Program-made: the position numbers and the translations under genes
The notes under the pieces: model-generated
Told to the model about the DNA's origin: nothing
The model's input: the letters and a program-made list of their open reading frames with translations, nothing else
Databases searched by the model: none
In this document: one piece after another, positions 1 through 13,699 of the stretch
Numbering within the stretch: the stretch's first letter is position 1
How the letters are laid out: the number at the start of each line of letters is the position of its first letter
NCBI GenBank assembly: GCA_002633005.1
Contig: NMRA01000116.1
Location: forward strand, 691,291 to 754,520
Source of the DNA: Phoronis australis
Lineage: Eukaryota > Animalia > Phoronida
DNA: 63,230 nt
Direction of reading: 5' to 3'

Positions 1-1334
1 TTCTTTGTTGCATTATAGTAACTGGTCTTGGCTAATTATCATTTTATGGCCTGGTTATCCATTCAGCCCAAAGTAGTTCCAGAGGTGGCTTATCAGCCAA
101 TTATTCACGCATGCTGACTCACAATAGAAGCCTGATAAGAGTGAAGGTGGATAAATGCGGTGTTCCTACAGTTTCTTGTTTTAGTGGATGTGTTCACGAC
201 ATGGGGTCCACTGAGTATATTTGGCCCAAGAATTCCAATTAAAAAACCCAGGTCAGAAATTTTGTGGAAATTTTTGACCTGTAAACAAGAAGGCCCAATG
301 TGGTTTTGAGAGGAATTCAGCAGCCTCCATTTTCTTCCCACCACTAACAGCTAACGGCAGCCTACATTTTCCCACCCGTGACAAACAGGTATAGATGGAC
401 TTAGCTAATTGCACTTCTGGACTACTTGGCCATTTAGTAAACGGTCAATACACAATCATCATGTGGTAAACGATCATCCTGAGAAACATTGTAGTTAACA
501 CTAGACTACGTAAGTCGTGCGTACAGTCTCTGCATTGAGATGTTTTTAGTAAAATGTTGGTGTTTTGTTGACCCATGCGTCGATCGATCGTTGAGCCAGA
601 TCAGCCACCGAGACGACTTTCACTCACAGAACAATAAGACACGAATCAAACGTTCTCCGTTAGAAATGCACCTACATGTAAAAGAAATCCTAGCAAAAAT
701 AGATGAGTTGACCTAGCATAAAAACCAAACAAATCGATAACTTACTTCAGAAATAGGGTACTTAAGCCGATCAAGACGACGATGTGCTTTCGAAATCAGC
801 TATCATTGTTTTGGCTTTAGTGACCTTTCACCTATCTGAGGTCATCGGGCTATTCCAAATAAGGCAACGCAATGCATTCTGGGACTGTAATGTCGGCCTT
901 GACGAGCATGTATATTCCTCTCTTTCAGACAACCACAGTAATTTTACAGTCAGAACTGAAGATGATGGGCACCGGAAAACAGTTCTAAGATAAGCTGAGT
1001 GGGTTTAAAAGTAATAGAGTATCATCAAGTCTCAAACAGGCGAAAGCAAAAAAAGGTATTGAATCCTAAGACATCTGAGTAACGTTCAGTATACACAACA
1101 AATCAAGATCATACAAGTCTTTGTGACACTTTGCCATACATTTTAAGTGAAGTAGGTGATGACGCTGAAGAACAATCATGTTGGAAAAGCTAAAATCAAA
1201 TGTAAAACAGCATCATGATTAGTTTGATATTCTTACTTGTTTCCCCATCACTAAATCTAGAGCTCATTCTACAGGTATTACAGACTGACCACGCATACAG
1301 ACAAAATGTACAGACCAAGCAAGTCACTGGATGG

Positions 1335-3225
1335 AAAAAAACGAGGATGTGAAGAATCAATATGCATGCAAGAATTTGTTGCTTTTCCAGAGTACAAGAT
1401 GAGCAATCTATTAACCTTCACTTTCGGTAGAACCTATGAATGGCAATAAAATTTCAGCCACAGGGCAGTGAAAACACGTGACAAAATTGTGAAAGTTCAT
1501 AGCATTCAGTACTGAGACATACTCTAAAAACACAAACCAAAATGAATGTTTTTTAAGAATATGCATTGTGTGCTTTTAAGCCTTTACTTCAGCTAGTACA
1601 AACGTGGTTTGCTCTAGTCTGAAGTTCCTGATTTTAATTTGATGTTATACCTGGTTATGCTAATGGTAAAACAGATTCACTAGCTACATTTTCCATAGTC
1701 ATCTTTTATCCAACAACCATCATATTATATCACAGAGAAAAGATGTCAGAGTCCCTTCGCAACGACTTGATGTTTCCTAACTAGGAGCAAGTGTCTGTTG
1801 AAACTACATATTTGTTGCTCTGCTAATACTAGAGAAACATTCAGCTCATGCCACGAACAAGGTGATAATAATTTCAATTGCAGGAGCGTTCCCTGCTGCT
1901 CATCACTTTCAAAATATTCTAATTAAAGAACCATGAGATTTTTAGGTTTGCAAAAATGATCACGCTTAACCAATCTTGATATACTTCCGGCGTTGTAGGA
2001 GGATGCTCAACACTTAGCTTGAAGCCAAGTTGCATTTGGCTACTTGCTGAAAATCCCAGGTCGCCACAGGAAATCTGACGTCGTCCAAAACTGATGTTTG
2101 TCATCAGAATAGTTCGCTAAAAAAGGTTGTGTCGTACTCCATTCTTGGGAACTTACGTCGCATATCCAGAATGCAGGTGATCATATACACTGTAGGCGCT
2201 AGTTTAACTCATCTTGCATGATTATCGCCACCTTCCACCTGTTTACTTCTTTATGTAATTTTAATGCAAGTTTGACAATTGCTAACTGCTGTGGTGGAAA
2301 ATGCACTGATTTCATGAAATAAACGAAGCAATTGTAAAGAAAGGTATCAAATCTAAGAAAACTGTTTGTAACTTAAAATTTGGCAGTCAACACAAACTTT
2401 GAAACAAATTTCGAGGGAATTATTGTCTGACTTTGATACTCGCAGTGGTGACTTCGTGGTGACTTGGAATTTTTCCCAGGTGACCACACAATATGAAGTT
2501 CACCAAATCAAGCACTGTAAGACATAATTGTCTCAGGTTATGTTACTGAAGCTTAATACGTAATAATCATCAAGCATTTTGGTTATGTAGGACCCCATCA
2601 AAATGTCCATCTTTGGAACATCTTACAAAATGCTGATTGGATTCACGTGAAAATATGCTTTATAAACTAATCCCCAGCAAGAAGTCAGGAATGTTTTTTA
2701 AAATGTTCCACATTTGTGTGAGGGGCTACCAGAATGTAGGAATTGCATAAATTTCATGACTTTTTTACATTGCATAAAACAAAACGAAACGGTAATTTAG
2801 CAAACTGTAACGGCATTTTTGAGATTTATCTTGAACATTATGTTATACAACGCCAAGTAAAATTCTACAGTTTTGTAAATATTTGACTTAATGTACAGAC
2901 TTGTTCATAAGGCACTACAAACTATACTTTCAGCAAACAATATGGCAAACGTTGTCAGTTAACAACACTTACGAATCATACACCCTACTACATTTCAATG
3001 ATTCTGTTATAGACACCAGACTACTTAGTATGCCCATCCTCTGTTTTTAGTATGTGTCACAACAAATGCTGTATATGAAGTGGTGGCTGGTTCTCGAAAA
3101 TGAAAAACATTGCATCCTTGCAGAAGGCTTTATCAGTCCTGAGAGAGCACAATAAAGAATGGAATCCAAGATGTTTTGAAGTTGATGAATCTGATATAGA
3201 AACTCAAGCAATTAAAACTGTGTAA
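1335..3225 (+). mobile_element. Decayed MULE (Mutator-like) transposase with CaRF/ALS2CR8-like N-terminal segment
   Basis: Hand translation: KKRGCEESICMQEFVAFPEYK (1335-1398) resembles the CaRF-type KKxGCPAxIxxxExxxFPEYK motif. At ~2925-3225, YFQQTIWQ ... TT*YAHPLFLVCVTTNAVYEVVA ... LSVLREHNKEWNPRCFEVDESDIETQAIKTV resembles the invertebrate MULE DDE core. Stops and frameshifts present; termini not found. Confidence 0.65.
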
Positions 3226-4371
3226 CTTTGTTTTCAAGTACTTTCTTACTTTACACAGTAGTAATGACATTACTGAACTGGTAAATGTTTTGTAAGAGCC
3301 CCAATTTAATGCCTATAGCATTCCCCATTTTCCGTTAAACTGCTTGGTCACAACACACTACTGTTCTCCGTATACGATATATAGATTTCACCGCTAATCT
3401 TAAGCATTGCATAAAACCCCATTAGGTTCACACAAGGTTTTGGCCTTAAAGGTACAAAAAGGAAAATTAAACCACTTCACTTGCTGAGATCTGAAACTTT
3501 GTTATAACTAGAGACCCTACATGTTGCTTTTCAGATGAAATGACAACACAGCCCACCATACAGGAGAAACAGTTCCTTTTAAAATCTGAATTATATTTGC
3601 ATACTTACGTATTTTGACTCTTAAAAATGACCAGAAAACATAACTAGGCGTTCGTAGGGGTGGTTCCAATTTTACTTCTTTTGTTATTTTTTCAAGCATT
3701 TTACTTGTTACAGCCAGCGAATACACGTTTGCTAGAGATCACAGATTTAACTTTCGTATCTGTAACAAGTCTTGCTACAATTTCAAAGACCAGGGCTACT
3801 CATATTTACTGTCCCAAATATCCTTTCTAAACCTCTAGTAAGGCCAAAGACTAATTTCACAGCAAAAGGTCGATGAAAGAAAATCCATTTGTAACACCAA
3901 ACATGGGTTGTAAAGCCCCTAGAACTACGTACTTGTTAATTTTCTGTGTGTGTGTGCAGAGATCTTTCTTTGTGACTTCCACAGGGAAGACGCCTGGTAT
4001 CACTGGGTATACTCCTACATTAACTGAGTGGTGGCACACAAGGACGAAATTCTTACTGCTTACTTCCCTTCGAGTAAGACCACAACACTGAAAATGCCCA
4101 TGGTCTTCATGAATAAACACTGCTGAAGCTTGACAGTGATATGATGAGAAAGCAAAATAATGTTATTATTAAGTAACATTGTCTGCTACATGAGGACTCA
4201 TCTTTAAAATAATACCACAAAATAAAACCTTTAAGTTTCAAACTATAAAAGACAACCAGTTAAGATCATGAAGGTCAATGTTTGCAGAATTCAAAGACTA
4301 ACTGTCATATGTGTTGAATTCGAGAAATTCTCTGCTAAAACAATAACACTTCGAGAGGAAGTAAAGACAGG

Positions 4372-4522
4372 CCTCCCGTTCAGTAACGCTAGGACCTCGC
4401 TAAAAAGCAAGACTTAGCGAGATTACGTGAAATACTGCCGTGTATTTTAAATGAAACGTGACTTTAACTAGGTTTTAGCCAGGTCCTAGCGTAGGTCCTG
4501 GCGTCTACTGAACGCAGGCAGG
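4372..4522. mobile_element. ~150-bp MITE with terminal inverted repeats
   Basis: Left CCTCCCGTTCAGTAACGCTAGGACCT is inverted to right AGGTCCTGGCGTCTACTGAACGCAGGCAGG. A related partial copy lies at ~59430-59535. Confidence 0.65.
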
Positions 4523-5667
4523 GAATCCCTCTTGACAGAACGCATGCACGTGACATACGTCACTTCCACCTAGATTGGCTGGTTGACATTGTCCCGCTCC
4601 CAATGTCTGGTCAACTTTCGAACGTAAAGAAAAATACTCCAAACTCATCCAAAACTCACTGTATTTAAAAAACCTTCAAGAAAGCTTATACGCCACGACA
4701 TGATACAGGTTTTATGCAAGATGAGTAACGTTTACTTTTCTTATTTTATACTATTTTTCACGTTCCAAGGCACTTTAACGGAGACCCCTATTTCACAGTA
4801 ATTTGGTAGTACATTCGCGGTGCGAATTCGCCTTTTAAAATGGGCCCCATACGCTCAAACCTCGTATTCTGCCGGGTCTCGATCCTATCCCCAAGGATTT
4901 CCAACCAAACTAACTAGCTTTTTGGTTTCTTTTTGATTCGAACTTTACCGTTCCACGGTATTTTTCTTGCTTACTCTTTTAGTTATTTGTCAAAGCCCAG
5001 ATGACGAGGGAAGCTAATGATGTGCTGTAGGTTCGTAGATTTTGTATTTTATGAGACAATTAAAAAATGCGATGTCATCTTTAGACCACCATAAGGTTTA
5101 AACTGGTGTTATAAACAAGGTTTTACTAGACCCCTGGTTCAAAAGTTAAACCAACTATGTGAAATGAAAATTCAGTATCTTTAAACCTGCCCGGTATAAG
5201 TCCAATTTCAACTACTCTTAGTTTGAAACCGACCTTCTTGAATTCCGCTAGCTGTATGTGGACCAACGTGAACGCTTACCTGAGTTTTCATTTGGTTACA
5301 TAATACGTATTATCTTAAATCTCCGGCATTCCTAAATTGCAAGAAAAAGAGTTATTTCAAGCTATCTTTATTTATTAAATTAATGGTTCATAACGAAAGA
5401 GGTCGCTAATCACGTGCAGTAAATGTCCTCTTGCTTTGGTCTCACGCCTTTGTTTCATTCTCTTAGTAGCCGTCTATTGTTTTTATATCCGTTTTTGTAC
5501 CCGACTTGTAAATTTGGGGAATTGTATAATAAGCTGGTAAAACTCATTCCAAATTCTAAAACATGCTTGGCGGAAGAAAATATGACCGACGGTACATTAT
5601 GATCTTACTATTCTCCATTTTACAAATACGAACTGTTCTCAATCAACCACATTGCCAGCTCAGGTCT

Positions 5668-5911
5668 CAGTGGCAGATTTAGGGGGGGGGGGGGNAGTTC
5701 AGGGTGCGAATTGCTAACTAGCATATGCGTGCACCATGGGCCTTGAACAAACCCAGTTTACCGGTTTTTTTTTAGTAATAAGATCCACAAACCCAAAATT
5801 CGAGACCCCTGCATCCCTACATTTTAGGCTGGGCGCGCGCGTGTGGTGAAATTCACTGAGGTTATTCCTGTGCCCTGGCCCCCCTAACTCAAAATCCTGA
5901 ATCCGCCCATG
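5668..5911. mobile_element. Non-autonomous hAT-like DNA transposon, 5-bp TSD GGTCT
   Basis: Termini CAGTGGCAGATTTAGG / CCTGAATCCGCCCATG. GGTCT flanks both sides (5663-5667, 5912-5916). Confidence 0.65.
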
Positions 5912-6074
5912 GGTCTGGCCCCGTATTCCCACAGGTTCATATAGCTGGGCTTCCAGAAGTGCTCACCCCAGTTACTCAAGTTTGAATGAAGCCCAATAGA
6001 GATGCCCGACGGCCTGATTGCACGCTGAAGGACTGCCAGCGGCCTCCCGCCAGCAGTATAAATAACACAGATAT

Positions 6075-6960
6075 CCGGGAATCCATAAAAATGGCAAATC
6101 ACTAGACAATACAGAAAGATCAAGGACGAATGATGTTGGCTATTACAACATTACCTCCTCCCTTAAAAAGTGTGGGGACCAACATCATTCGCCAAATATG
6201 AAAAACATCCTAAAAATTTAACAATATACCCCTTACCCAAAACGAAGCCACTACGACGAAGTACTGAGACCAAGAGTGTTAGTATGACAATTATGACAAA
6301 TCCTTGGGAAGCAGACAATAACGCACATAGGTTAAATACGGATGGAGTGTACCAAAAAATTATAAAAAGAGTTCAGAATGCCAGCACATTCCGAACACAT
6401 GAAGTAAATCATAAACAGAAAACCTAACAGGGTCTCAAGTCCCAACCCACCCCACAGGCGGATTTGGGGGGCAGGAGGCCCGCCCCCTCCCCCTAATTGG
6501 CTGTCGCAAGCAAAATGAAACTGCACCAGCTTTTAAACGTGAGGAAATATTGAGTATTGAGCTCAGTAACGAGGACCGGTAGCGGACAAAGACGAGGGGG
6601 AATGGCTCAAATCCCAGATCGCGGCGGAATCCTTTTCCCTTTTTGTTTTAGCTCTCCGATAGATTTTCCGAACACAAGGTCCACGTGCCCGGCCGGACCC
6701 CGCAACTTTCGGGCTTCCTGCGCGTCACATACTCTCACTCTCGCGCTACGGTGCTCAATTCCCCGAAGCAACATGTTGCCCCCCCTCTTATGGTATCCTA
6801 GATCCGCCACTGCACTCCCTGACAGGAGAGCAGTCAGCTAACGGGAAAAGTACTCGCTAGGGAGACTCCATGGACATTCGGGGATCCATAAAGGTGACAA
6901 ATCACAAGACACCATAGAATGATCAATAACGAATGGAAGGCGCTGACGATTACAACAATA
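6075..6960. repeat. Pair of ~80-bp diverged direct repeats
   Basis: CGGGAATCCATAAAAATGGCAAATCACTAGACA...ATTACAACA (~6075-6150) matches CGGGGATCCATAAAGGTGACAAATCACAAGACA...ATTACAACA (~6879-6958). Confidence 0.6.
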
Positions 6961-8740
6961 TGCAAAAATCTAAAAACAACACTGCAGAGCTCTGTTTAAG
7001 CAATTGTTATATTACTGCTCAGTAGTTGCAGGAGGTCGCGGGCAGTGCTACGTAAAGCTGACTTTCCTGTGTTTGTAACTTTCATTTTGAGCAACAAAAC
7101 ACGTTTCCTGTTGAGGTGAACCAACAGAGCACTTATCCAGGTTGAACTGTCTACAGTCAGTTACCTACTAACAACTGGATACTCAAACGTATTTCACTGG
7201 CTATTGAAACCGTCTGATGTGTGACAACAGCTGTTAAAAGATTTCTTCAAAGGACCGTGTTATATCAAAGTAAGTAATAGGCCTATGTACGTGTCTCTCT
7301 TTTCTGTTATCAAATTACAAGCCTTTTTATGCAGTGTAGTACCTCGACCGCAAAAAAAAAGAAAGTTATTAATGCTCCTATTCTCGTTTCGACCTGAGGT
7401 TCTTGAACATCAATTCATGAACGATCCCTTACCGACGGCCATGTTATATGTGAACAGGTATTGACATACCAGCATGTACTACTGACCTGAGCATAAAACC
7501 TTTGTTACATGTTTGATAATTAATAGAAATTTTGTTGTCTATTGTCCAAATGTTTATTACCGTTTCTTTACGTATGAGACGGATACCTGGGAGCTGGGCT
7601 GGCTGAAGTGAACCATAACTGTCAGCTAACAGCTCACGACAACTGAAGGTATGGAAATACGAATGGCATAGTGAACTCAGCCGTGTGACATTGTTTTCCA
7701 TATTGCACCCCGGTGTGACTAACAGTGCCCTGTAACATGGAAAATTCAAAATGTAGGTCAATGTCCACTCGATCATCAAACTGTCCCAAAATAGTTATGG
7801 TACTAAAATTGCAGCAGTTTAAATAACACTCAACATGCAATAAGGTCCCAAACATAACATCTGGTACAAAACTTTTAATTATGTGACGCTTCTGTCTCAG
7901 TTTTATTCGCTCAATATTTTATCGTCTCCAACTCAGGCGCCGATTTCTCGGAACTACTGTGTTGAATATCGCTGTGAATTGCCAATTCAGTTGAAAATCC
8001 ACAGATTTCAAAAGCGTATCTGTATTTTTGGGCCTCTAACTCTGGTCACATTTGTTTAAAGATTGATGCATTATTTAGAGAGGGTTTGGGGCCCTAATAC
8101 CCTTACGAAGAATTTTTATTTTCATTTTTCATTCTTCGTCCGGATCCAGTAGTTTGACCTTATTTTCTTGTAAAAACAAACCCCCAGCCCTTTATTGGGC
8201 CTATCCTATTGCCGCTGAGATGGCAAAATTGGTCCATTGCTGATGCCGTCCATTTTGCGTTGCATGGATTTTGAACCCAAGGTCGAAAGGAAACGTCCTT
8301 TTGGAATTCGGATACTGGGTGCTTCTTGGTCTGTTAATATCAGTTTTATTTTACAAAGTAACTTTTCACCCGCCTTAAAAAAATAAACTTGGACGTTCAT
8401 CATGATAAAATCACCGATCCAAAACAATGTGTTCATTTTCTTCTTGTTTCACTGTTTCTACATTCCCCGTCTCGATTTTCCTAGTTTCTACATCATAATT
8501 TTATTGGTGTCTATGCCTCCGATAAATGTGCCACAACCTTCAACAAACACCACGGCAAACACTCTTACAATGACCACAGCAGTTTAAAACTCTCTAGAAA
8601 ATGACTCCACTGTTTGTCCAGACTACCTTATTCCTTTAATAACTTTTGAATTGTCAATAAGCATCTGTCAAGTTATTTTTAAATACGGCTATTCATTGGG
8701 TACCTCGCCAGTAGAGCCAGTTCCTCTCGACTCACCCAAA

Positions 8741-8884
8741 ACAGGACCTCCGGAGATCAAATGTGACCGACGCACCAGAAAATGGGACTGACGCACCTAA
8801 AACATGACCACCCCACCAGAAAACAGGACCGCCGGGGACTGAACATGACCGCCGGGGACTGAACATGACCGCCGGGGATTGAAA
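8741..8884. repeat. Minisatellite, ~20-bp unit GACCGCCGGGGACTGAACAT
   Basis: About three near-perfect units at 8827-8884, preceded by degenerate 20-21-bp units. Confidence 0.8.
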
Positions 8885-9526
8885 TCATAATGACAAACAA
8901 GCTAAAATTTATTACCGGTAGGCCTACACAGATCATACAATGGAGCTATATTCCTATGCATAGGCAGGTCTTGTGCCGATTAATCCAACGAAATCTTTTG
9001 TGCGCAACAGGACACTTCGCTTTTTAACACGCGGCGCTTTTGAGTTTTAACCACTAACCAACCACGTTGCACGCTTTTAAGCTAAATAATTATAACTTTA
9101 TCCACTGCGTAAGTTTTAGAACAAAATGAAAATCGTTTTCTCCAATATTTGACGTTTTAGTCAAGAAAAAAAAAACAAAAAAGGCGTTCTGGTTCTCGGG
9201 TGAAGCATCATAACTAACCTTTTTGTGGCAAAGCAGTATACTAAATATACAGCTTGGCGCCGATGTGGGTAAAACACTGAACACATAAAATCTTCACCGA
9301 ATTAGTGTTATTAACGACACTCTTCCTTGAGTAAACTAAATTATTTATCGGCGCTCGCCGGGAAAATTGTCGTTCTGTCGTTATTCTGCTGCTAAAATTG
9401 AGATGCGTTCTTTTAGGTCGGCTTACATTGACCAGTTCCTTTTTTCACCGATTTTTCTTGTCTTCTACGAGGTTTCGTACATGGCACAACAAATTATCGG
9501 AACTGGTTTCATTTCGTCATAGATTT

Positions 9527-10529
9527 CAGTGGCGGATCTAGGATATCACAAGGGGGGGCAACATTTTGTCAGGCTGTAAGCATTTGCGCAAACCACGATT
9601 GTAGATGCGTGTAGCACCGAATGGGGGAACCCCCTCCCGCCTAGGAAAATTTTCTGTTTTTTCCTCTAAAAATCAAGCATCTTCCTTGATTCCTGAAGTA
9701 TTATCCAAGAAAAAAGTGCAAAAAACAAGGAGAACGTGTCAAACAGGAAAAACCGCACGCACCTTGACTAGAACTCACGACCTCGCGGATAGAGCGCTCA
9801 TGCTTTACCACTACACCACCACGATTTACCTACTAATTTGGGCTAAGAGACCCAGCACTTGTTTGTGGTCCACAGCGTTTGCGCGCGAAACCTACTTCTT
9901 TTTGTAATGCTTATTACACGTTTTATATTTTGTGCAATCGGTTCTTAACAAATTTGTTGTATTTAAAATAGTCTTCAAATGCCCAAAAGACCAAATCCGT
10001 TTTTCGTGTTGGCAATAATGCTTTGGAAATCGTCTTAAGTTAAGGTTTTGACAAAGAGAGAATTATGAGTTACTGAGTTATTTATTCACCAAGGCTTCGA
10101 TTAAAATTCACATCTTATCAGCAGTGTCTGTTTTTTCATGATCGTCACTCAGGTTCCATTTTCTTTAAAAAATGAAGTAAACTTTCTTCATTGCACAGTG
10201 GAGCATCCGACGGAAGCGGAGACGTAGTGCGCAGCGCCACTGCCGGTCGCCTGGGATATCACGGGAGAGCCAAAAAAAAAAAAAAAAAAAAAGATTAGTT
10301 CCCTTACGAATGCGCCGTGTTCCGAATTTGACCCTTGAAATTGGATATGAGCCCCCCCAAACACTAAAACTGCAGACATTTAAATCTTGTTTTATCCATA
10401 TAACTTTAATTACCGGGGTTAATTAATAAACTCAGCATTTCCCTACGCTGTTGCTGTTTTATTTTTTTGCGGCAGCCAAGGGGGAGGGGGGGGCCGGGCC
10501 CCCTGGCTCCCCCCCTAAATCCGCCTATG
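9527..10529. mobile_element. ~1-kb non-autonomous hAT-like element (copy 1), apparent 5-bp TSD GATTT
   Basis: Termini CAGTGGCGGATCTAGG / CCTAAATCCGCCTATG with GATTT on both flanks. It interrupts a repeat that is uninterrupted near 15840. Second copy at 31382-32342. Confidence 0.75.
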
Positions 10530-11949
10530 GATTTTTAGTATTTTAATACCAGCAAACCAAATTTCAGAACAAAATCGTGCTGCTGCGAAGTCGAGTCATC
10601 ATCTTCCGAAAGATGTCGCAAAATTTTAGGAAATGGCGCGTGCTCATGTCACGAGCGCGACAGACTTTTTATTACAAATAACGTTCATTAGATTGTTTTT
10701 CGCTCAAGCAGCTGCAACCTGCAAGGTGAGTGTTGACTGACTCCGCTCCGCTCGCTAGCTCTACGTTGATATTAGTTTCACGACGAGGTGACAAGCAGAC
10801 CTAGACTGTGGGAAATTTCGGGGATGATAACGCAGCTCAATAACGCAGTGCTACCAAGCTTTATTTTGGAGTGGACACTGGATGAAAGCCATACCTGTAT
10901 TTGACGAACACTTTCAATTCCAAATTTGAAAACGCCTGCCTTTTATCGTACTATATGCTAGGAAGCAATATCAGACAACAAACCAATTTTCTGCTGTTTT
11001 GTTACATGGTGGATTTTAATGTATTCACACCGCACTTCTTGTTGGGGAGCTCTCGCTGCTATTTAGCTTAGCCAGGTATAGACACTGTATAGTCCGGTTA
11101 CCTATTGTCGTCAGGCTCCAAAGGTCGTCCGCCATCTTGTTTCGCGTGCAGCGCAACCACGCGGGACTTAGCGTTCCAATTTGGAGTGCTAGTGTGCACG
11201 TTAGGTACTAACTTATCGGAAGAGACACGTATCAAAGTAATGAGACAAAAATCAGTGAGTTTACCGATTGTTTTTTAAAACCACTTAAAAATCAGTAGAT
11301 TTTACTAATACACTTTTTTGTGCGTTTTCAGAAGATGTTTTCGAATTTAAATTTTCTTCCGACGGGACACAAAACATGATCCAGGGTTTGTTTATGCAAT
11401 GTATCTGTTTGTCCCAGGCACTAGTAGGATCTAGAAGGCCAAAGGAAAAATCCGCAGACAAATGCGATACGCTGGGTTCTTAACATTTTTGCCTCACGTT
11501 CACCATTAAACTGCATTGAAATGTTGACCAATTGGCTTTTATTGGAAACCACAGTGCAGAGCTCAACATCAAAGCTTCAAATCGAGTTTATGTCAATAAA
11601 AACAGGCTGTTGCAATTTTCATTACTTCGTTGGCCTTTTTCTGCATGTTTCTCAGTTTTTACAAAAGGGGGCAGCATATGACGAACTTAGGTGTCACAAT
11701 AAAATGGCTGCCGAAGGCAGTGCACATTTGAAATAACTCGGCACAAATTAAAGAAAACTTCCGAATCGATGAATGCGGTATATCTGTGAGAGTTAAATCG
11801 AATCCTATTCAGACCATAACTTTGAAGTGGAATAATTCGGTGAGTACAACAGCAAGTCGGTTTTATGCTTAGGCGGACGACCATTGGGTTCCCGAGTATA
11901 CTTCTAGACTCTCTTGTTACCCTACCGTGCAACCACCACTTGTGTTCAA

Positions 11950-13668
11950 TGCCGATGAGTAACATAAAGCCTCCTAATCTACACAAACACTCGGGCGAAG
12001 TTGGCTGGGTACGGCCCGATGATTACGTGTAGCGCTTTGAATCAGAAGCAAATTCAAAATTATTACTATAACTCAGTTATGATTGTTGTTAGTAATACCA
12101 GTAGCTGCAACAATTTTGTTGTTTTCCATTTGTATCCTATCCGATTTAACGGATAGGCTGAGGCTGGACCTATTCCGCGGAGGGGAGGTTCGATCGGACC
12201 CCTCGAACCCCCCTGGCTACGGGCCTACGCAAGGAACCAGCGAGCCGCACATTGAACTATTTCTGTGACGAACGATAGCACGCTCAATATCCGTCATTTC
12301 AAATATTGTTCTTACGCCACTTTCTGTTTTTCAAGTTAACCACCAGTCTTGAGCCAGAGCAGATTCTTGCATGTAAATCTTGACGGGAAAGTCACTCAGC
12401 GACATAATAAGATTACGAAATGTGTAAAATGGGCAAATAACCTCTATTGCCGCAGGTCGAGGGGGTCGTGGGTCGTGTGTCGAGAGTCGATGGGTGTGGC
12501 CCAGGGGGTCGACGGAGTCGAGGGGGTTTCAGAAAAATCCTGATCAGATGTACCTGTGGGATATATGATGTAATGTTACTAATTCGTTACGCTAAATGTG
12601 ATATGCAGCAAGTATCAGCGACTGGACGTTGTCGCTTACTTTACCCAACCTTTCCTGATCCCCGGGGCTCAGTGATCGTAATTTCATAATTGCCAATCCG
12701 TAGTGAGAACAGCGTGTGACTGAGTTGTTTGTGATAGGCACTGAATGTATTGTTTAATAAAAAAAAATAACTCTATTCCTTTTCACACGGCACCTATTGT
12801 ATTTTGGACAAAGCACAGTAGTTTTTTGTTTGTCTTGACTCTACAGAATAAATAGGCCCGATGGCGTGTAGAGCCGAGACTGAGAACTGATCAAATATTA
12901 TAAAGACGTCGTCTTTCACACGGCCGTGCAGTAATAGAGGTCACTATAAATGTCCATGTATAACAGCAAGGTCAAAAAAACAACAAAGAAACCAGGTCAC
13001 GGATCTTAGCAACAGCAACAAAAGCAATGAATATTGATCAAGCGACTTGCAGGTATACACACTATGTATGTAGGCCATTTCAGGCCACGCGAGGAAAACG
13101 CCGCTAGACCAATGGAACATAGAGCAGGGGTGCGTGGGTAGCCTATGGTATGGATGTATATAGCGCCCGGCACTGAGTCAACAAGCGTCGGTCCAAGCGC
13201 ACATCTATACTACACGGCATGGTGTTGGAGGAACCGTGTTTTACTTTGAAACAACGTGAAATATACGAAGACAATTGTGCTTGTATGAACACCTTTGTTC
13301 ATTTTTTTAAAGTTATCTATTATTGAGTGGATAGCATTCTGCAGCCATCTATTGGCATCTTCATGGATCAGTTCTTTACATTTGTTTATGTTTTGTTTCC
13401 TTATTTTCAGCTGACTTGGTAGACCCTCTATTATGTTAGGTGTTTCATAATGGAGTTAGTGCAGGCCTGTAGCCNNNNNNNNNNNNNNNNNNNNNNNNNN
13501 NNNNNNNNNNNNNNNNNNNNNNNNNNNNNNNNNNNNNNNNNNNNNNNNNNNNNNNNNNNNNNNNNNNNNNNNNNNNNNNNNNNNNNNNNNNNNNNNNNNN
13601 NNNNNGGGGTTCGTTCCCGCGGAAAAGGTCCAGCCCCAGCCTATCCGTTAGAGATAGGGTATAAATGG

Positions 13669-13699
<31 letters not shown>

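Noticed and set aside
945-992. Hammerhead-ribozyme-like CTGAAGA...GAAA with AGAA/TTCT flanks
   Set aside because: Stem II does not pair convincingly and there is no NUH cleavage triplet or stem III.
7634-7855. Minus-strand ORF with DLHFEFSMLQGTVSH, faintly like a Harbinger/ISL2EU helix-turn-helix
   Set aside because: Similarity is too short, with no supporting catalytic motifs or termini.
8741-8884. CRISPR-like interpretation of short repeats (also 13960-14170 and 58956-59027)
   Set aside because: Units are head-to-tail without unique spacers, the context is eukaryotic, and there are no cas genes.
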